The notes beneath the pieces were generated by a model, which had not been told where the DNA came from, ran no database searches, and saw nothing but the letters and a program-made list of their open reading frames with translations. Below are positions 1 through 9,346 of a stretch of DNA of 64,000 nt, piece after piece. The stretch is from an uncultured Candidatus Binatia bacterium (lineage in GTDB: Bacteria; Desulfobacterota; Binatia; UBA9968; JAJDTQ01): positions 2,432,001-2,496,000 of the forward strand of contig OZ219754.1 in assembly GCA_964291295.2 (NCBI GenBank), read 5' to 3'. The stretch's first letter is position 1. Each line of letters starts with the position of its first letter. The position numbers and the translations under genes were made by a program.

Positions 1-1322
1 GCAAGGGTGGCGGGAAAGTCGCCGTTGTCGTAGCGTACGGGCTCGCCGTCGCGGTAGAGGATGCCGGCGTCGTAGGGAATCTCCCCGGGCTGCACGAAGT
101 TGCGGAAGCGCACCTCGGCCGCGTCGAGGTCGAGGGTGCCGGCGATGCGGTCGATGCAGCGCTCCATGACGAAGACCGCCTCGGGCCGCCCGGCGCCCCG
201 GTAGGGGGCGTTGGGGACCTTGTTGGTGGCCACGCAGGTGCCGGTGACGGCCAGATTGGGGATCCGGTACGGTCCCTGAAGGTGGGCCGCGGTGTTGTAG
301 GCGTCGGTGAGGCCCATGGGGTTGTAGGCGCCGTTGTCCAGAACGAAGCGGTCCTTGAGTCCCAGGATCCGCCCGTGATCGTCGAAGGCCAGTTCGACGT
401 AGTGGATCTGGTCCCGGGCGTGGGCGGTGCTGATGAAGTGCTCCCGGCGGTCCTCGATCCATTGCACCGGCCGCCCCAGCTCCAGCGCCAGGTAAGGCAC
501 CAGAACTTCCTCGGGGTACACCAGCACCTTGGGACCGAAGCCGCCGCCCACGTGAGGTGCCACCACACGGAGGGTCTCCTCGGCCAGCCCCAACTGGGCG
601 GCGATCTGCCGGCGTACGCTGTGGGGAACCTGGGTGGACGACCATACCGTCAGGCGGCGCGGTCTGGACTCGGCCATGGCCACGACGCCTCGTCCCTCCA
701 TGGGGATGCCGCCGTGCCGGCGGTGGTGCAGGCGTTCCTTGATGCGGTGAGGCGCCTTCTCCAGAACCCTTTCCACGTCGCCCTTGGCGATGTCGAAGTG
801 GAACACCACGTTGTCGCCGGCGTCCTCGTGAACCCGCACCGCGTCCGCTTTCAGCGCCGCTTCCGGATCCACCACCGGCGCCAGCACCTCGTAGTCCACG
901 TCGATGCCGTCCAGCGCGTCCTCGGCGCGGTAGCGGTCCTCGGCCAGTACCATGGCCACCGGCTCGCCCGCATGGCGCACCTTGTCCAGTGCCAGCACCC
1001 GTGGGCGCGGTCCCTTGAGCACGGGTTTGATGGCCTGCAGCCAAGGGCGCGGATGGAACTCGAAACTCGCCGGGAAGGGGGCGATGGCGTCCCGGACGTC
1101 CTCCCCGACAAGGACCCGCACGACTCCCGGCATGGCCCGGGCGGCGCCCGCGTCGATGCCGCGTATCCATGCGTGGGCGTGGGGGCTGCGCAGCACCGCG
1201 GCGTGGAGCATCCCCGGAAGCCGCAGGTCGCCGACATAGGTTCCCTGACCCCGCAGCAGCGGTTCGGCCTCCCGCATGGGGATGCTGCGTCCCATGTGAC
1301 GCAGGGTGTCTCGCTCTTTCAT
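1..1322 (-). CDS. Xanthine dehydrogenase/CoxL-family molybdopterin-binding large subunit (partial, runs off window start)
   Basis: Not in the ORF track because there is no stop in the window. Manual translation from ATG 1322 (GGAGG upstream) gives MKERDTLRHMGRSIPMREAEPLLRGQGTYVGDLRLPGMLHAAVLRSPHAHA, with later GGGFGPK and PYRGAGRPEA motifs (form-II-like, not the AYRCSFR of true CODH). Confidence 0.9.
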   Translation of the reverse strand, partial: MKERDTLRHMGRSIPMREAEPLLRGQGTYVGDLRLPGMLHAAVLRSPHAHAWIRGIDAGAARAMPGVVRVLVGEDVRDAIAPFPASFEFHPRPWLQAIKPVLKGPRPRVLALDKVRHAGEPVAMVLAEDRYRAEDALDGIDVDYEVLAPVVDPEAALKADAVRVHEDAGDNVVFHFDIAKGDVERVLEKAPHRIKERLHHRRHGGIPMEGRGVVAMAESRPRRLTVWSSTQVPHSVRRQIAAQLGLAEETLRVVAPHVGGGFGPKVLVYPEEVLVPYLALELGRPVQWIEDRREHFISTAHARDQIHYVELAFDDHGRILGLKDRFVLDNGAYNPMGLTDAYNTAAHLQGPYRIPNLAVTGTCVATNKVPNAPYRGAGRPEAVFVMERCIDRIAGTLDLDAAEVRFRNFVQPGEIPYDAGILYRDGEPVRYDNGDFPATL

Positions 1323-1355
1323 GGTCGTGCCTCCGTGCGCCGGCGGACCTGGCGG

Positions 1356-2039
1356 CTAGAGGGTCCAGGTGTCGTAGAGCAGCTCCATGCGGCGGAGCAT
1401 GACGGCGCGCGTCTGTTGCTGCAACGCCGGAGCGGTGAGGTAACGGCCGCCGATCTCCTCCGCCAGGCTGCCGTGCTCCTCGTCGGCCTCGACATGGACG
1501 GTGAAGAACCGGACCGATTCGGGAGGCATGCCATAGCTTTTGATGAATCCTTGTCCCAGCGCCGCCGCGGCCGGACCGAACGTCCCTTCGGCTCCCATCT
1601 GCGCCGCCATCACCACGAACCACGGATGCGTATGGATGACCAGTTCGGCGTAGTAGAGATGTGCCGCCGTGGCCGGCCGCAGCACGGCGTTCTCCAGGTC
1701 CGAGCGCGTGAGGCCGATGGCCCCGGCGAACTCCACGAACATGTCCGGATGGCCGGAGCTGCCCGGCAGAAGGCCGCGGGTCTCCTCCTCGGCCACCTCG
1801 AACAGCCTGGGGGCGAACTCGGGGTCGCTGCACGCCAGGTAACGAAGCAGGGCGATGCGGGGCACCGCGCGGCGGAACTGGAAGTCCTGCACGGCCCAGG
1901 TGCGGATGTGATCCATGGTGGCGGTGCCCTCGCATACGGCCTTCACGAACGGGTGGTGGATGCGCAGCCTGGGAAAGGCGGTGATCTCTTTCCGGAGCTG
2001 CGCGACGAACGCGTCGGCCGACGGGGTTGCGCTGTTCAT
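1356..2039 (-). CDS. TenA/PqqC/CADD-like heme-oxygenase-fold iron-containing redox enzyme
   Basis: HPF motif, EEE..GH, AE and H.EAD.EH ligand pattern; start chosen at MNSATP after GGAGG. Confidence 0.8.
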   Translation of the reverse strand: MNSATPSADAFVAQLRKEITAFPRLRIHHPFVKAVCEGTATMDHIRTWAVQDFQFRRAVPRIALLRYLACSDPEFAPRLFEVAEEETRGLLPGSSGHPDMFVEFAGAIGLTRSDLENAVLRPATAAHLYYAELVIHTHPWFVVMAAQMGAEGTFGPAAAALGQGFIKSYGMPPESVRFFTVHVEADEEHGSLAEEIGGRYLTAPALQQQTRAVMLRRMELLYDTWTL

Positions 2040-2216
2040 GTCGATGCCTCCCGCAAGGATGGTGGAGGGCGGCGGGGAACGCACCGGCCTCCCGTGCAAG
2101 GCTATAGTCTTTGCGGCGGGAATGCGAGTCGTTGCACGGTCGGTCTTCGCGCCCGCTGGCCGTGATCCCGCCGCACCGGGAGTCGTGACATGTCGCCCCG
2201 GGGGGCGGCCATTGGC

Positions 2217-2248
2217 CGTTGCCGTGGCAACGACAGGAGTGTTATGAT
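2217..2248 (+). promoter_or_regulatory. Putative sigma70 promoter for the ABC operon with an overlapping palindromic operator
   Basis: TTGCCG (2219) -18 bp- TATGAT (2243); perfect inverted repeat CGTTGCC-GT-GGCAACG at 2217-2232. Confidence 0.4.
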
Positions 2249-2341
2249 CTGCGCCACACTGGAAAGGCGCGAAGGCGCGCAGGCACGAATTGTAGAGGCG
2301 CGAATTAATTGTGGAGGCGCGAATTCTCAGGAGGTGTCATC

Positions 2342-3538
2342 ATGAAGGTTGCGAAGCTTCCGGCGATCTCTTTTCTGGCACTGGCGCTGGCGCTGGTGAC
2401 CGGGACGGTCTGGGCGAAGACCGTCAAGGTGGGCATCATTCTCCCGTACTCGGGTCCCAACGCGCAGCTCGGACAGCAGGTGGACCGGGGCTTCGATTTG
2501 TACCGGAAGCTCCACGTCGACGGCGCGGGCGGCCACGACATCGAGATCATCAAGCGGGACAGCACCGGCCCCAAGCCCGACGTGGCCAAGCGTCTGGCCA
2601 CCGAGTTGATCACCCGCGACAAGGTGGACATCGTGGCGGGCGTGGTCTACTCCAACAACGCCTTTGCCATCTCCGACGTGACGCGCAAGGCGAAGGTACC
2701 GTTTCTCATCATGAATGCCGGCACCGCGGCGCTCACGACGCGGTCGCCCTACACCGCCAGGGTTTCGTTCACCATGTGGCAGGCGGCATACCCTCTCGGC
2801 CGGTATGCCTACGAGAAGATGAATATCCGTACCGCGGCGGTGGCCTACGCCAACTACTCGCCCGGCAAGGACAGCAAGAATGCCTTCACCACGGCGTTCA
2901 CCGCCGCCGGCGGCAAGGTGGTGGCGGACATTCCGTTCCCGTTTCCCAAGATCCCGGACTTCACGCCGTTCCTCCAGTCGGTCAAGGACGCCGGGCCCGA
3001 CGCGCTGTATGTCTTCATTCCGGCCGGCAAGTGGGCCACCGGCGTCATGAAAACCTACGACGACCTGGGCATGAGGGCGGCCGGCATCGAACTCATCGGG
3101 CCGGGAGACATCACGCAGGATTCGGAACTGCCCAACATGGGCCAGGTTCCCCTGGGTGTCCTCACCATGCACCATTACTCCGCCGCCGGTGACAGGGCCG
3201 AGAACCGGTCCTTCGTGAAAGCCTGGAAAGAGGCTTACGGTGTCGACAGCACGCCGGACTTCTTCGGCGTCCAGGGCTGGGACGGCATGGCCGCCATCCA
3301 CGAGGTGGTGCGCCGTCTCGACGGCGATATCGACGCCGACAGGGCGCTGGATGTGCTCAAGGGCTGGAAGTTCGCGAGCCCGCGGGGTCCCATCATGATC
3401 GATCCCGAGACCCGGGATATCGTCCAGAACCAGTACCTGCGCAAGGTCGAGAAGCGCGGGGAGGCCCTCGCCAACGTCGAGTTGGAGGCCCTTGAGATGG
3501 TGAGGGATCCCTGGAAGGAACTGCAGCAGAAGAAGTAG
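2342..3538 (+). CDS. Branched-chain amino acid/aromatic-type ABC transporter substrate-binding protein
   Basis: Signal peptide, VKVGIILPYSG, SPRGPI..DP..RD motifs typical of LivJ-like periplasmic binding proteins; AGGAGG RBS. Confidence 0.9.
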   Translation: MKVAKLPAISFLALALALVTGTVWAKTVKVGIILPYSGPNAQLGQQVDRGFDLYRKLHVDGAGGHDIEIIKRDSTGPKPDVAKRLATELITRDKVDIVAGVVYSNNAFAISDVTRKAKVPFLIMNAGTAALTTRSPYTARVSFTMWQAAYPLGRYAYEKMNIRTAAVAYANYSPGKDSKNAFTTAFTAAGGKVVADIPFPFPKIPDFTPFLQSVKDAGPDALYVFIPAGKWATGVMKTYDDLGMRAAGIELIGPGDITQDSELPNMGQVPLGVLTMHHYSAAGDRAENRSFVKAWKEAYGVDSTPDFFGVQGWDGMAAIHEVVRRLDGDIDADRALDVLKGWKFASPRGPIMIDPETRDIVQNQYLRKVEKRGEALANVELEALEMVRDPWKELQQKK

Positions 3539-3688
3539 CCGCAGTCATGCCGCGCGGTCCGGTGAAGGCGCGGGGCGGCGTCTTCCCGGCATTGTCGGCC
3601 CTCCAGCTCGCAGCCGCGGACGGACCGCAAGGGTCGGACGCCCACGCCGACCCTTGCAACTCACGGAAGCATCGGCAGGCCACAATCG

Positions 3689-4549
3689 GTGATCAACTCC
3701 TTCGTCAGCATTGCGTTCGACGGCTTGGCCTTCGCAATGGTGCTGTTCATCATTTCGGTGGGGCTCTCCGTGACCATGGGCCTCATGGGTTTCGTGAATC
3801 TGGCCCACGGCCTGTTCGCCATGCTGGGCGGGTACATCGCGGTGTCCCTGATTCGAGACTGGGGGGCGCCGTTCCTTCTGGGCGCGCCGCTGGCCTGCGC
3901 CGCCGTGGCACTCATCAGCATCGTTCTGGAGCGCTGCCTCTACCGCCGCTTCTACGGCGCCGACGAACTGCAGCAGGTTCTGCTGACCATCGGCCTGGTG
4001 TTCATGGGCATCGCCGTGTGCACTTTCGTCTGGGGTCCGCTGAACGTGCAACTCGACGTGCCGTCGTATCTCAAGGGACAGGTGGACCTGGGGTTCCGCC
4101 GTTTTCCCACCTACCGCACGTTCATCATCCTGGTGAGTTTCGCGGTGGTCGTCGGCCTCTGGTACGGGTTCGAGCGCACGCTGCTGGGGGCCAGGGTGCG
4201 CGCCGCGGTGGACAACCGACGCATGGCCGAGACCGTCGGCATCCACATCCGGCGGCTGTTCACCCTGACCTTCGCGCTCGGGAGTGCGCTGGCGGCGCTG
4301 GGAGGGGCGCTGGGCACGGAGATTCTCGGACTGACCCCCACCTACGCGCTGGAATATCTCGTCTACTTCCTCATCGTGGTGGCGGTGGGCGGCCTCGGAA
4401 GCCTGCGGGGGGCCTTCGCCGCGTCCCTGATCCTGGGAATCGTGGACACCGCGGGCAAGTACTACCTGCCCGCCTTCGGCGCCTTCTTCATCTTCGTGGT
4501 GACCATCATCCTGCTCCTGTGGCGCCCGCAGGGCTTCCATGCCCGGTAG
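3689..4549 (+). CDS. Liv-type ABC transporter permease (LivH-like)
   Basis: GLMGFVNLAHG, G..VRAAVDN, VGGLGS motifs; hydrophobic. Confidence 0.9.
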   Translation: MINSFVSIAFDGLAFAMVLFIISVGLSVTMGLMGFVNLAHGLFAMLGGYIAVSLIRDWGAPFLLGAPLACAAVALISIVLERCLYRRFYGADELQQVLLTIGLVFMGIAVCTFVWGPLNVQLDVPSYLKGQVDLGFRRFPTYRTFIILVSFAVVVGLWYGFERTLLGARVRAAVDNRRMAETVGIHIRRLFTLTFALGSALAALGGALGTEILGLTPTYALEYLVYFLIVVAVGGLGSLRGAFAASLILGIVDTAGKYYLPAFGAFFIFVVTIILLLWRPQGFHAR

Positions 4550-4591
4550 GCATCCCCGCTGAACAAGACCGCGCAGGACCGACGCGTTCAC

Positions 4592-5575
4592 ATGGAACGA
4601 CCCGCCCATCGCAACCCCTCACGAAATGCCGCCCTCCGCCCGGCCGAGTTGCTGCCCTGGCTGGCGGCAGCCCTGGGCTTCTTCGTGTTTCCCGACTACC
4701 TCCAACTGGGATCCCAGATACTCATCATGGTGCTGTTCGCCCTCTCCCTGGACCTGATCCTGGGCCATGCCGGCATCGTGTCCCTGGGCCACGCGGCGCT
4801 GTTCGGCACCGGCGCCTACGCCGCCGGGATCCTGTCGGCGCATCTGGGCTGGAACGAGCCCGTGAGCGGACTGCTCATGGCGGGGGCGGTGGCCGGGGTG
4901 GTGGGTTTCCTGTGCGGTGCGGTCATCCTCTACACGCGCGGGCTCACCCTGTTGATGCTGACGCTGGCCGTCACCATCCTGCTGCAGGAGCTGGCCAACG
5001 AGCAGGAGCACTGGACCGGCGGCGACGACGGCCTGCAGGGGGTGGTGATGGAACCGCTGCTGGGAATGTTCGAGTTCGACCTCTACGGCCGGACCGCCTA
5101 CCTCTATGCGCTTGCGGTGCTTTTCGTGGTGTTCGTTGCCGCTCGCGCCATCGTCAACTCCTCCTTCGGCCAGTCCCTGCGGGGCATCCGCGAGAACGAG
5201 CGGCGCATGCACGCGGTGGGCTGTCCGGTGTATCGCCAGCTGCTGCGGGCCTACACCGTGGCCGCGGTCATGGCGGGCATCGCCGGCGGGTTGCTGGCTC
5301 AGACCACGGAGTTCGTGGCGCTGGACGTGCTCAGCTTCGAACGTTCCGGCGACGTGCTGATCATGCTGATTCTCGGCGGCACCGGGCGTCTTTACGGCGC
5401 GTTCCTCGGGGCACCCGTGTACATGATCCTTCAGGATCAGCTGGCCCGGCTCAGCCCGGAGTACTGGCTCCTGGGCATTGGCGGCCTGCTGGTGGCCACC
5501 GTCCTCCATGCTCCGGACGGCATCCTGGGGCTGGTGGAACGCTACGGCTTGCGCGCGCGGCGGGGTGAGCCATGA
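4592..5575 (+). CDS. Liv-type ABC transporter permease (LivM-like)
   Basis: SLDL..G.AG.VSLGHAA, TGGDDG, S.FG..L..IREN motifs. Confidence 0.9.
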   Translation: MERPAHRNPSRNAALRPAELLPWLAAALGFFVFPDYLQLGSQILIMVLFALSLDLILGHAGIVSLGHAALFGTGAYAAGILSAHLGWNEPVSGLLMAGAVAGVVGFLCGAVILYTRGLTLLMLTLAVTILLQELANEQEHWTGGDDGLQGVVMEPLLGMFEFDLYGRTAYLYALAVLFVVFVAARAIVNSSFGQSLRGIRENERRMHAVGCPVYRQLLRAYTVAAVMAGIAGGLLAQTTEFVALDVLSFERSGDVLIMLILGGTGRLYGAFLGAPVYMILQDQLARLSPEYWLLGIGGLLVATVLHAPDGILGLVERYGLRARRGEP

Positions 5576-6342
5576 GCGAGTTTCTGCTGGAGATCCGCCA
5601 GGTGTCCAGGAGCTTCGGGGCCCTGGTGGTGGCGGACCGGGTTTCCCTGGCGCTCCCGCCGGGTGCCCGACATGCCCTCATCGGTCCCAACGGCGCGGGC
5701 AAGACCACCTTGGTGAACCTCGTCGCCGGCACCGTCGCAGCCTCCGCCGGCACCATCCTGCTGGACGGCCGCGACATCACCCGCTGGTCCCAGGCGCGCC
5801 GGGTCAAGCACGGACTGGCGCGAACCTTCCAGATCAACACGCTGTTCCGCGGGCTCAGCGTGCTGGAAAACATCTGCATCGCCATCAGCGAGCGGCACTC
5901 CCTGTCGGCCCGGTTGTGGCGCCGCGCCGCGGCCCGCGCCGACGTCATGGCCGAAGGCATGGCGCTGCTCGAATCCGTGAAGCTCGACGGCGATGCCCGG
6001 CGGCGGGTGCGGGAACTGCCCTACGGGCGGCAGCGGCTGGTGGAGCTGGCCATCGCGCTGGGCCTGCGTCCCAAGGTGCTGCTGCTGGACGAGCCCGCGG
6101 CCGGGGTGCCGTCCGCGGAGAGCCACGTGCTGCTGGAGGCGGTGGAGTCGCTGCCCGAGTCCATGGCCGTTCTGATGATCGAGCATGACATGGACATCGT
6201 TTTCCGCTTTGCCCGGAGGGTGACGGTGCTGGTGTCCGGCGCGGTGCTTGCGGAGGGCACCCCGGCCGCGGTGGGCGCCGACCCCAAGGTCCGGGAGGTC
6301 TATCTCGGCGGCAACGCCGGGCTGCATGGGGGGAGGCGTTGA
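5572..6342 (+). CDS. Liv-type ABC transporter ATP-binding protein (LivG-like)
   Basis: Walker A GPNGAGKT, LPYG signature, LLLDEP, IEHD; ATGA overlap. Confidence 0.92.
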   Translation: MSEFLLEIRQVSRSFGALVVADRVSLALPPGARHALIGPNGAGKTTLVNLVAGTVAASAGTILLDGRDITRWSQARRVKHGLARTFQINTLFRGLSVLENICIAISERHSLSARLWRRAAARADVMAEGMALLESVKLDGDARRRVRELPYGRQRLVELAIALGLRPKVLLLDEPAAGVPSAESHVLLEAVESLPESMAVLMIEHDMDIVFRFARRVTVLVSGAVLAEGTPAAVGADPKVREVYLGGNAGLHGGRR

Positions 6343-7058
6343 GCACCGCCGCGGACAAGGCGCTGGAGTTGGTCGGGGTCTACGCCGGCTACGGCAGGAC
6401 CGTGGTGCTGGAGGGCATCGACCTGCTCCTCGACCGCGGCGAGCGGCTGAGCGTCATCGGCCGCAACGGGGTCGGGAAGACCACGCTCCTGGGGACCATC
6501 ATGGGCTACACGGCGCTCCACGACGGACGCATCGAACTGGCGGATCGGAACATCTCCAATGCCAGCATCCACCACCGCGTGCGCGCCGGCCTGGGCCTCG
6601 TGCCGCAGGAGCGCGAGGTGTTTCCGTCCCTGACCGTGTACGAGAACCTGGCGGTGGCGCGCCGCCGCGGCGGCTGGAGCTTCGAGCAGGTCTATGCGCT
6701 GTTCCCGCAATTGGGTTCGCGCACGACACACAAGGGAGGACAGCTCTCCGGCGGCGAACAGCAGATGCTGGCCATCGCCCGGGCGCTGGTGGGGAATCCG
6801 GACGTGCTGCTCATGGACGAGCCCACCGAGGGCCTGGCACCGGTCATCATCGAGCAACTGGTGGCCGCCATGCACACGTTGCGCGCTCAGGAGGGGCTCA
6901 CCATCATCCTGGTGGAACAGCACGCCGGCATCGCCCTGGAGTTCTCCGAGCGCACCGCGGTCATGAACCGCGGCCGCATCGTCTACGACGGCTCCAGCGC
7001 GACGCTGGCCGACGACGCGTCGCTGCTGAACTCGCTGGTGGGAGTGGCGGGGCAGTGA
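6339..7058 (+). CDS. Liv-type ABC transporter ATP-binding protein (LivF-like)
   Basis: GRNGVGKT, LSGGEQQM, LMDEP, VEQ. Confidence 0.92.
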   Translation: MSTAADKALELVGVYAGYGRTVVLEGIDLLLDRGERLSVIGRNGVGKTTLLGTIMGYTALHDGRIELADRNISNASIHHRVRAGLGLVPQEREVFPSLTVYENLAVARRRGGWSFEQVYALFPQLGSRTTHKGGQLSGGEQQMLAIARALVGNPDVLLMDEPTEGLAPVIIEQLVAAMHTLRAQEGLTIILVEQHAGIALEFSERTAVMNRGRIVYDGSSATLADDASLLNSLVGVAGQ

Positions 7059-7164
7059 CGGCCCCGCGCGCCCGCCGCCGGGGTCGGAACCTCGGGGTGG
7101 CGCGTCCCCGCCGTTTGGACATTTCGCCCTCTTTCGTGTGTACTCGAACGTACCAGGAGACGCC

Positions 7165-8403
7165 ATGAACAAGTCCGATGATGGTGAGAAGCTGAACAGG
7201 CGGGAGCTCTTTCGCCGGGGCGTCCTGGCGGGCGTGACCGCGGGACTGCTGCCCCTGACCGGAGGCCGCCCGGCGGCGGCGGGGACCGGGTCCACGGTGA
7301 AGCGTTATGTCCCGCTGGGGCGGACCGGGTTGGAGGTGTCCGACATCTCGTTCGGCTCCAGCCGGCTGGGCGCCGGCGAGGAAGACCTGGTGCGGGATGC
7401 CCTGGATCGCGGCATCAACTACTTCGACACGGCGGACAGCTACCGTGGGGGCGACTCCGAGATCACCATCGGCAACGCCCTGCGCGGCAGGCGGGACCGG
7501 GTCTTCCTCGCCTCCAAGACCCACACCCGCGCCGCCGAGGACCGGGAGTCGATGATGCACTCCCTGGAGGCCAGCCTGCGGCGGCTTCGGACCGACTACG
7601 TCGACGTCTACTTCACGCACGCGGTCAACGATGTGGCCCGACTCGACAACCCCGAGTGGCACGAGTTCGTGGCGGTGGCCCGGCGGCAGGGGAAGATTCG
7701 CTTCTCGGGAATGTCCGGTCACGCCGGGCGGCTGGTCCAGTGCCTGGACCACGCCCTGGACCGGGACATGGTGGACGTCGTCCTGGTGGCCTACAACTTC
7801 GGCCAGGATCCGAAGTTCTACGAACGGTTTACTCGGGGTTTCGACTTCATCGCGCGCCAGCCCGACCTGCCGCGGGTGCTCGACAAGGCGAAGGCGAAGA
7901 ATGTCGGCGTCATGGCGATGAAGACCCTCATGGGTGCCCGGCTCAACGATATGCGGCCGTTCGAGAAGGACGGCGCCACCTATGCCCAGGCGGCGTTCCG
8001 CTGGGTGCTGTCCAGCCCCCGGGTGCACGCGCTGGTGGTGTCCATGACCGATTCCGCCACGGTCCGGGAGTATCTGGGCGCCTCGGGCTGGACCACCGCG
8101 GCCCGCGGCGACTTCGAACTGCTCAAGGGCTACGCGCGCATGAACGGCGCCTCCTACTGCCGTCACGCCTGCAACGACTGCGAGAATGCCTGTCCCTACG
8201 GCGTCCCCATCGCCGACGTCCTGCGCACGCGCATGTATGCCCGGGACTACCAGGACGAAGAGTTGGCGCGCCGCGAGTATGCTCTGCTCGGAGACGGCGC
8301 CGCCGCCTGCCTCAACTGCCCGACCCGGGCCTGCGCCGGCTCCTGCAGCTACGGGCTCCCGGTGGAGAAGCTCACCGGTCCCACGCACCGGATGCTGGGT
8401 TGA
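7165..8403 (+). CDS. Aldo/keto reductase with Tat-like signal and C-terminal 4Fe-4S cluster domain
   Basis: NRRELF twin-arginine; LGRTGLEVS.I.FG, FDTADSY, SLRRLRTDYVD; C-terminal CRHACNDCENACP and CLNC...C...C. Confidence 0.85.
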   Translation: MNKSDDGEKLNRRELFRRGVLAGVTAGLLPLTGGRPAAAGTGSTVKRYVPLGRTGLEVSDISFGSSRLGAGEEDLVRDALDRGINYFDTADSYRGGDSEITIGNALRGRRDRVFLASKTHTRAAEDRESMMHSLEASLRRLRTDYVDVYFTHAVNDVARLDNPEWHEFVAVARRQGKIRFSGMSGHAGRLVQCLDHALDRDMVDVVLVAYNFGQDPKFYERFTRGFDFIARQPDLPRVLDKAKAKNVGVMAMKTLMGARLNDMRPFEKDGATYAQAAFRWVLSSPRVHALVVSMTDSATVREYLGASGWTTAARGDFELLKGYARMNGASYCRHACNDCENACPYGVPIADVLRTRMYARDYQDEELARREYALLGDGAAACLNCPTRACAGSCSYGLPVEKLTGPTHRMLG

Positions 8404-8421
8404 CGCGCCGGCTCTTTTCGG

Positions 8422-9330
8422 GTGCCTTTCCACGGTCGGAGCGTCGTCATCGATATCGCGATTACCGGTGCGAACGGGGTGCTGGGCAGGGCGCTGATCC
8501 TTCGTCTGACGGAAGCCCGGCAGCTGGGCCTGCGCGCCTTGGTGCGTCGGCCGGTACGGCTCTTCGACGGCTTCCCGGTGGAGGTTCTCCAGGTCGACTA
8601 CGACGACCCCGGCTCGCTGGCGTCGGCGGTGGCCGGGGCGGCGGCCGTCGTTCATCTGGCCGGGGCGCTCCAGCCGCGGCGCGGAGAACGGCTTGGCGAC
8701 GCCAACACCGGCACCACCCGGAGCGTGGTCTCGGCGGCGAAAAAAGCCGGCATCCGGAGATTCGTCTATCTGAGTGCGCCCGGGGCCAGGCCGGGTTCAC
8801 CCAACGCGTATCTGCGCTCCAAGGCCTTGGCTGAAGCGGCCATCCGCGGGGCCGGGTTCGAGGCGGTGGTGTTCCGGGTCCCGATGGTGTTGGGGGAGGG
8901 CACGCCGTCCGCCCGCACCCTCCGTCGTCTGGCCGGGAAGCGGGCGGTGCCGCTGGTGCGGGGCGGCCGGGTGCGCATCCAGCCGGTGGCGCTGGGAGAT
9001 GTCGTCGGCGCCCTCCAGTGGGCGCTCGAGGTGGAGACGCCGCCGGCCGGTTCGCTGGATCTGGTGGGCCCCGATACGCTGACCTACGTCGAGTTGCTGT
9101 GGCGCGCGTCGGCGCGCATGCAGCGGCGGCCGCCGCGGGTCCTGAGCGTGCCCGGGTGGCTGGCGGAGGGAAGCGCGCGGGTTGGCGGGCGACTGGGAAC
9201 GGGTTGGAACCGGACGCTCTTCGACACCCTGTTCAACGAGCATCTGGGAGACGCCACCGAGACGCGGGGCCTGCTGCCGTTCCCGCTGACACCGGTGGAG
9301 GCGCTTCTGGACGGACTGTTCTCGTCATGA
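8422..9330 (+). CDS. NAD(P)-dependent epimerase/dehydratase (atypical SDR, NDUFA9-like)
   Basis: ITGANGVLG Rossmann motif, VVHLAG, YLRSK..AE; start uncertain. Confidence 0.8.
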   Translation: MPFHGRSVVIDIAITGANGVLGRALILRLTEARQLGLRALVRRPVRLFDGFPVEVLQVDYDDPGSLASAVAGAAAVVHLAGALQPRRGERLGDANTGTTRSVVSAAKKAGIRRFVYLSAPGARPGSPNAYLRSKALAEAAIRGAGFEAVVFRVPMVLGEGTPSARTLRRLAGKRAVPLVRGGRVRIQPVALGDVVGALQWALEVETPPAGSLDLVGPDTLTYVELLWRASARMQRRPPRVLSVPGWLAEGSARVGGRLGTGWNRTLFDTLFNEHLGDATETRGLLPFPLTPVEALLDGLFSS

Positions 9331-9346
9331 CCCGGAAACACGAAAC

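Noticed and set aside
1-1322. Aerobic CO dehydrogenase coxL call
   Set aside because: Active-site loop is PYRGAGR, not the form I AYRCSFR.
282-2165. 627-aa plus-strand ORF and many similar long ORFs (e.g. 3547-5568, 14371-15855, 42034-44184, 43997-46468, 53290-55416)
   Set aside because: Antisense or off-frame shadows of real genes, caused by high GC3; no family motifs.
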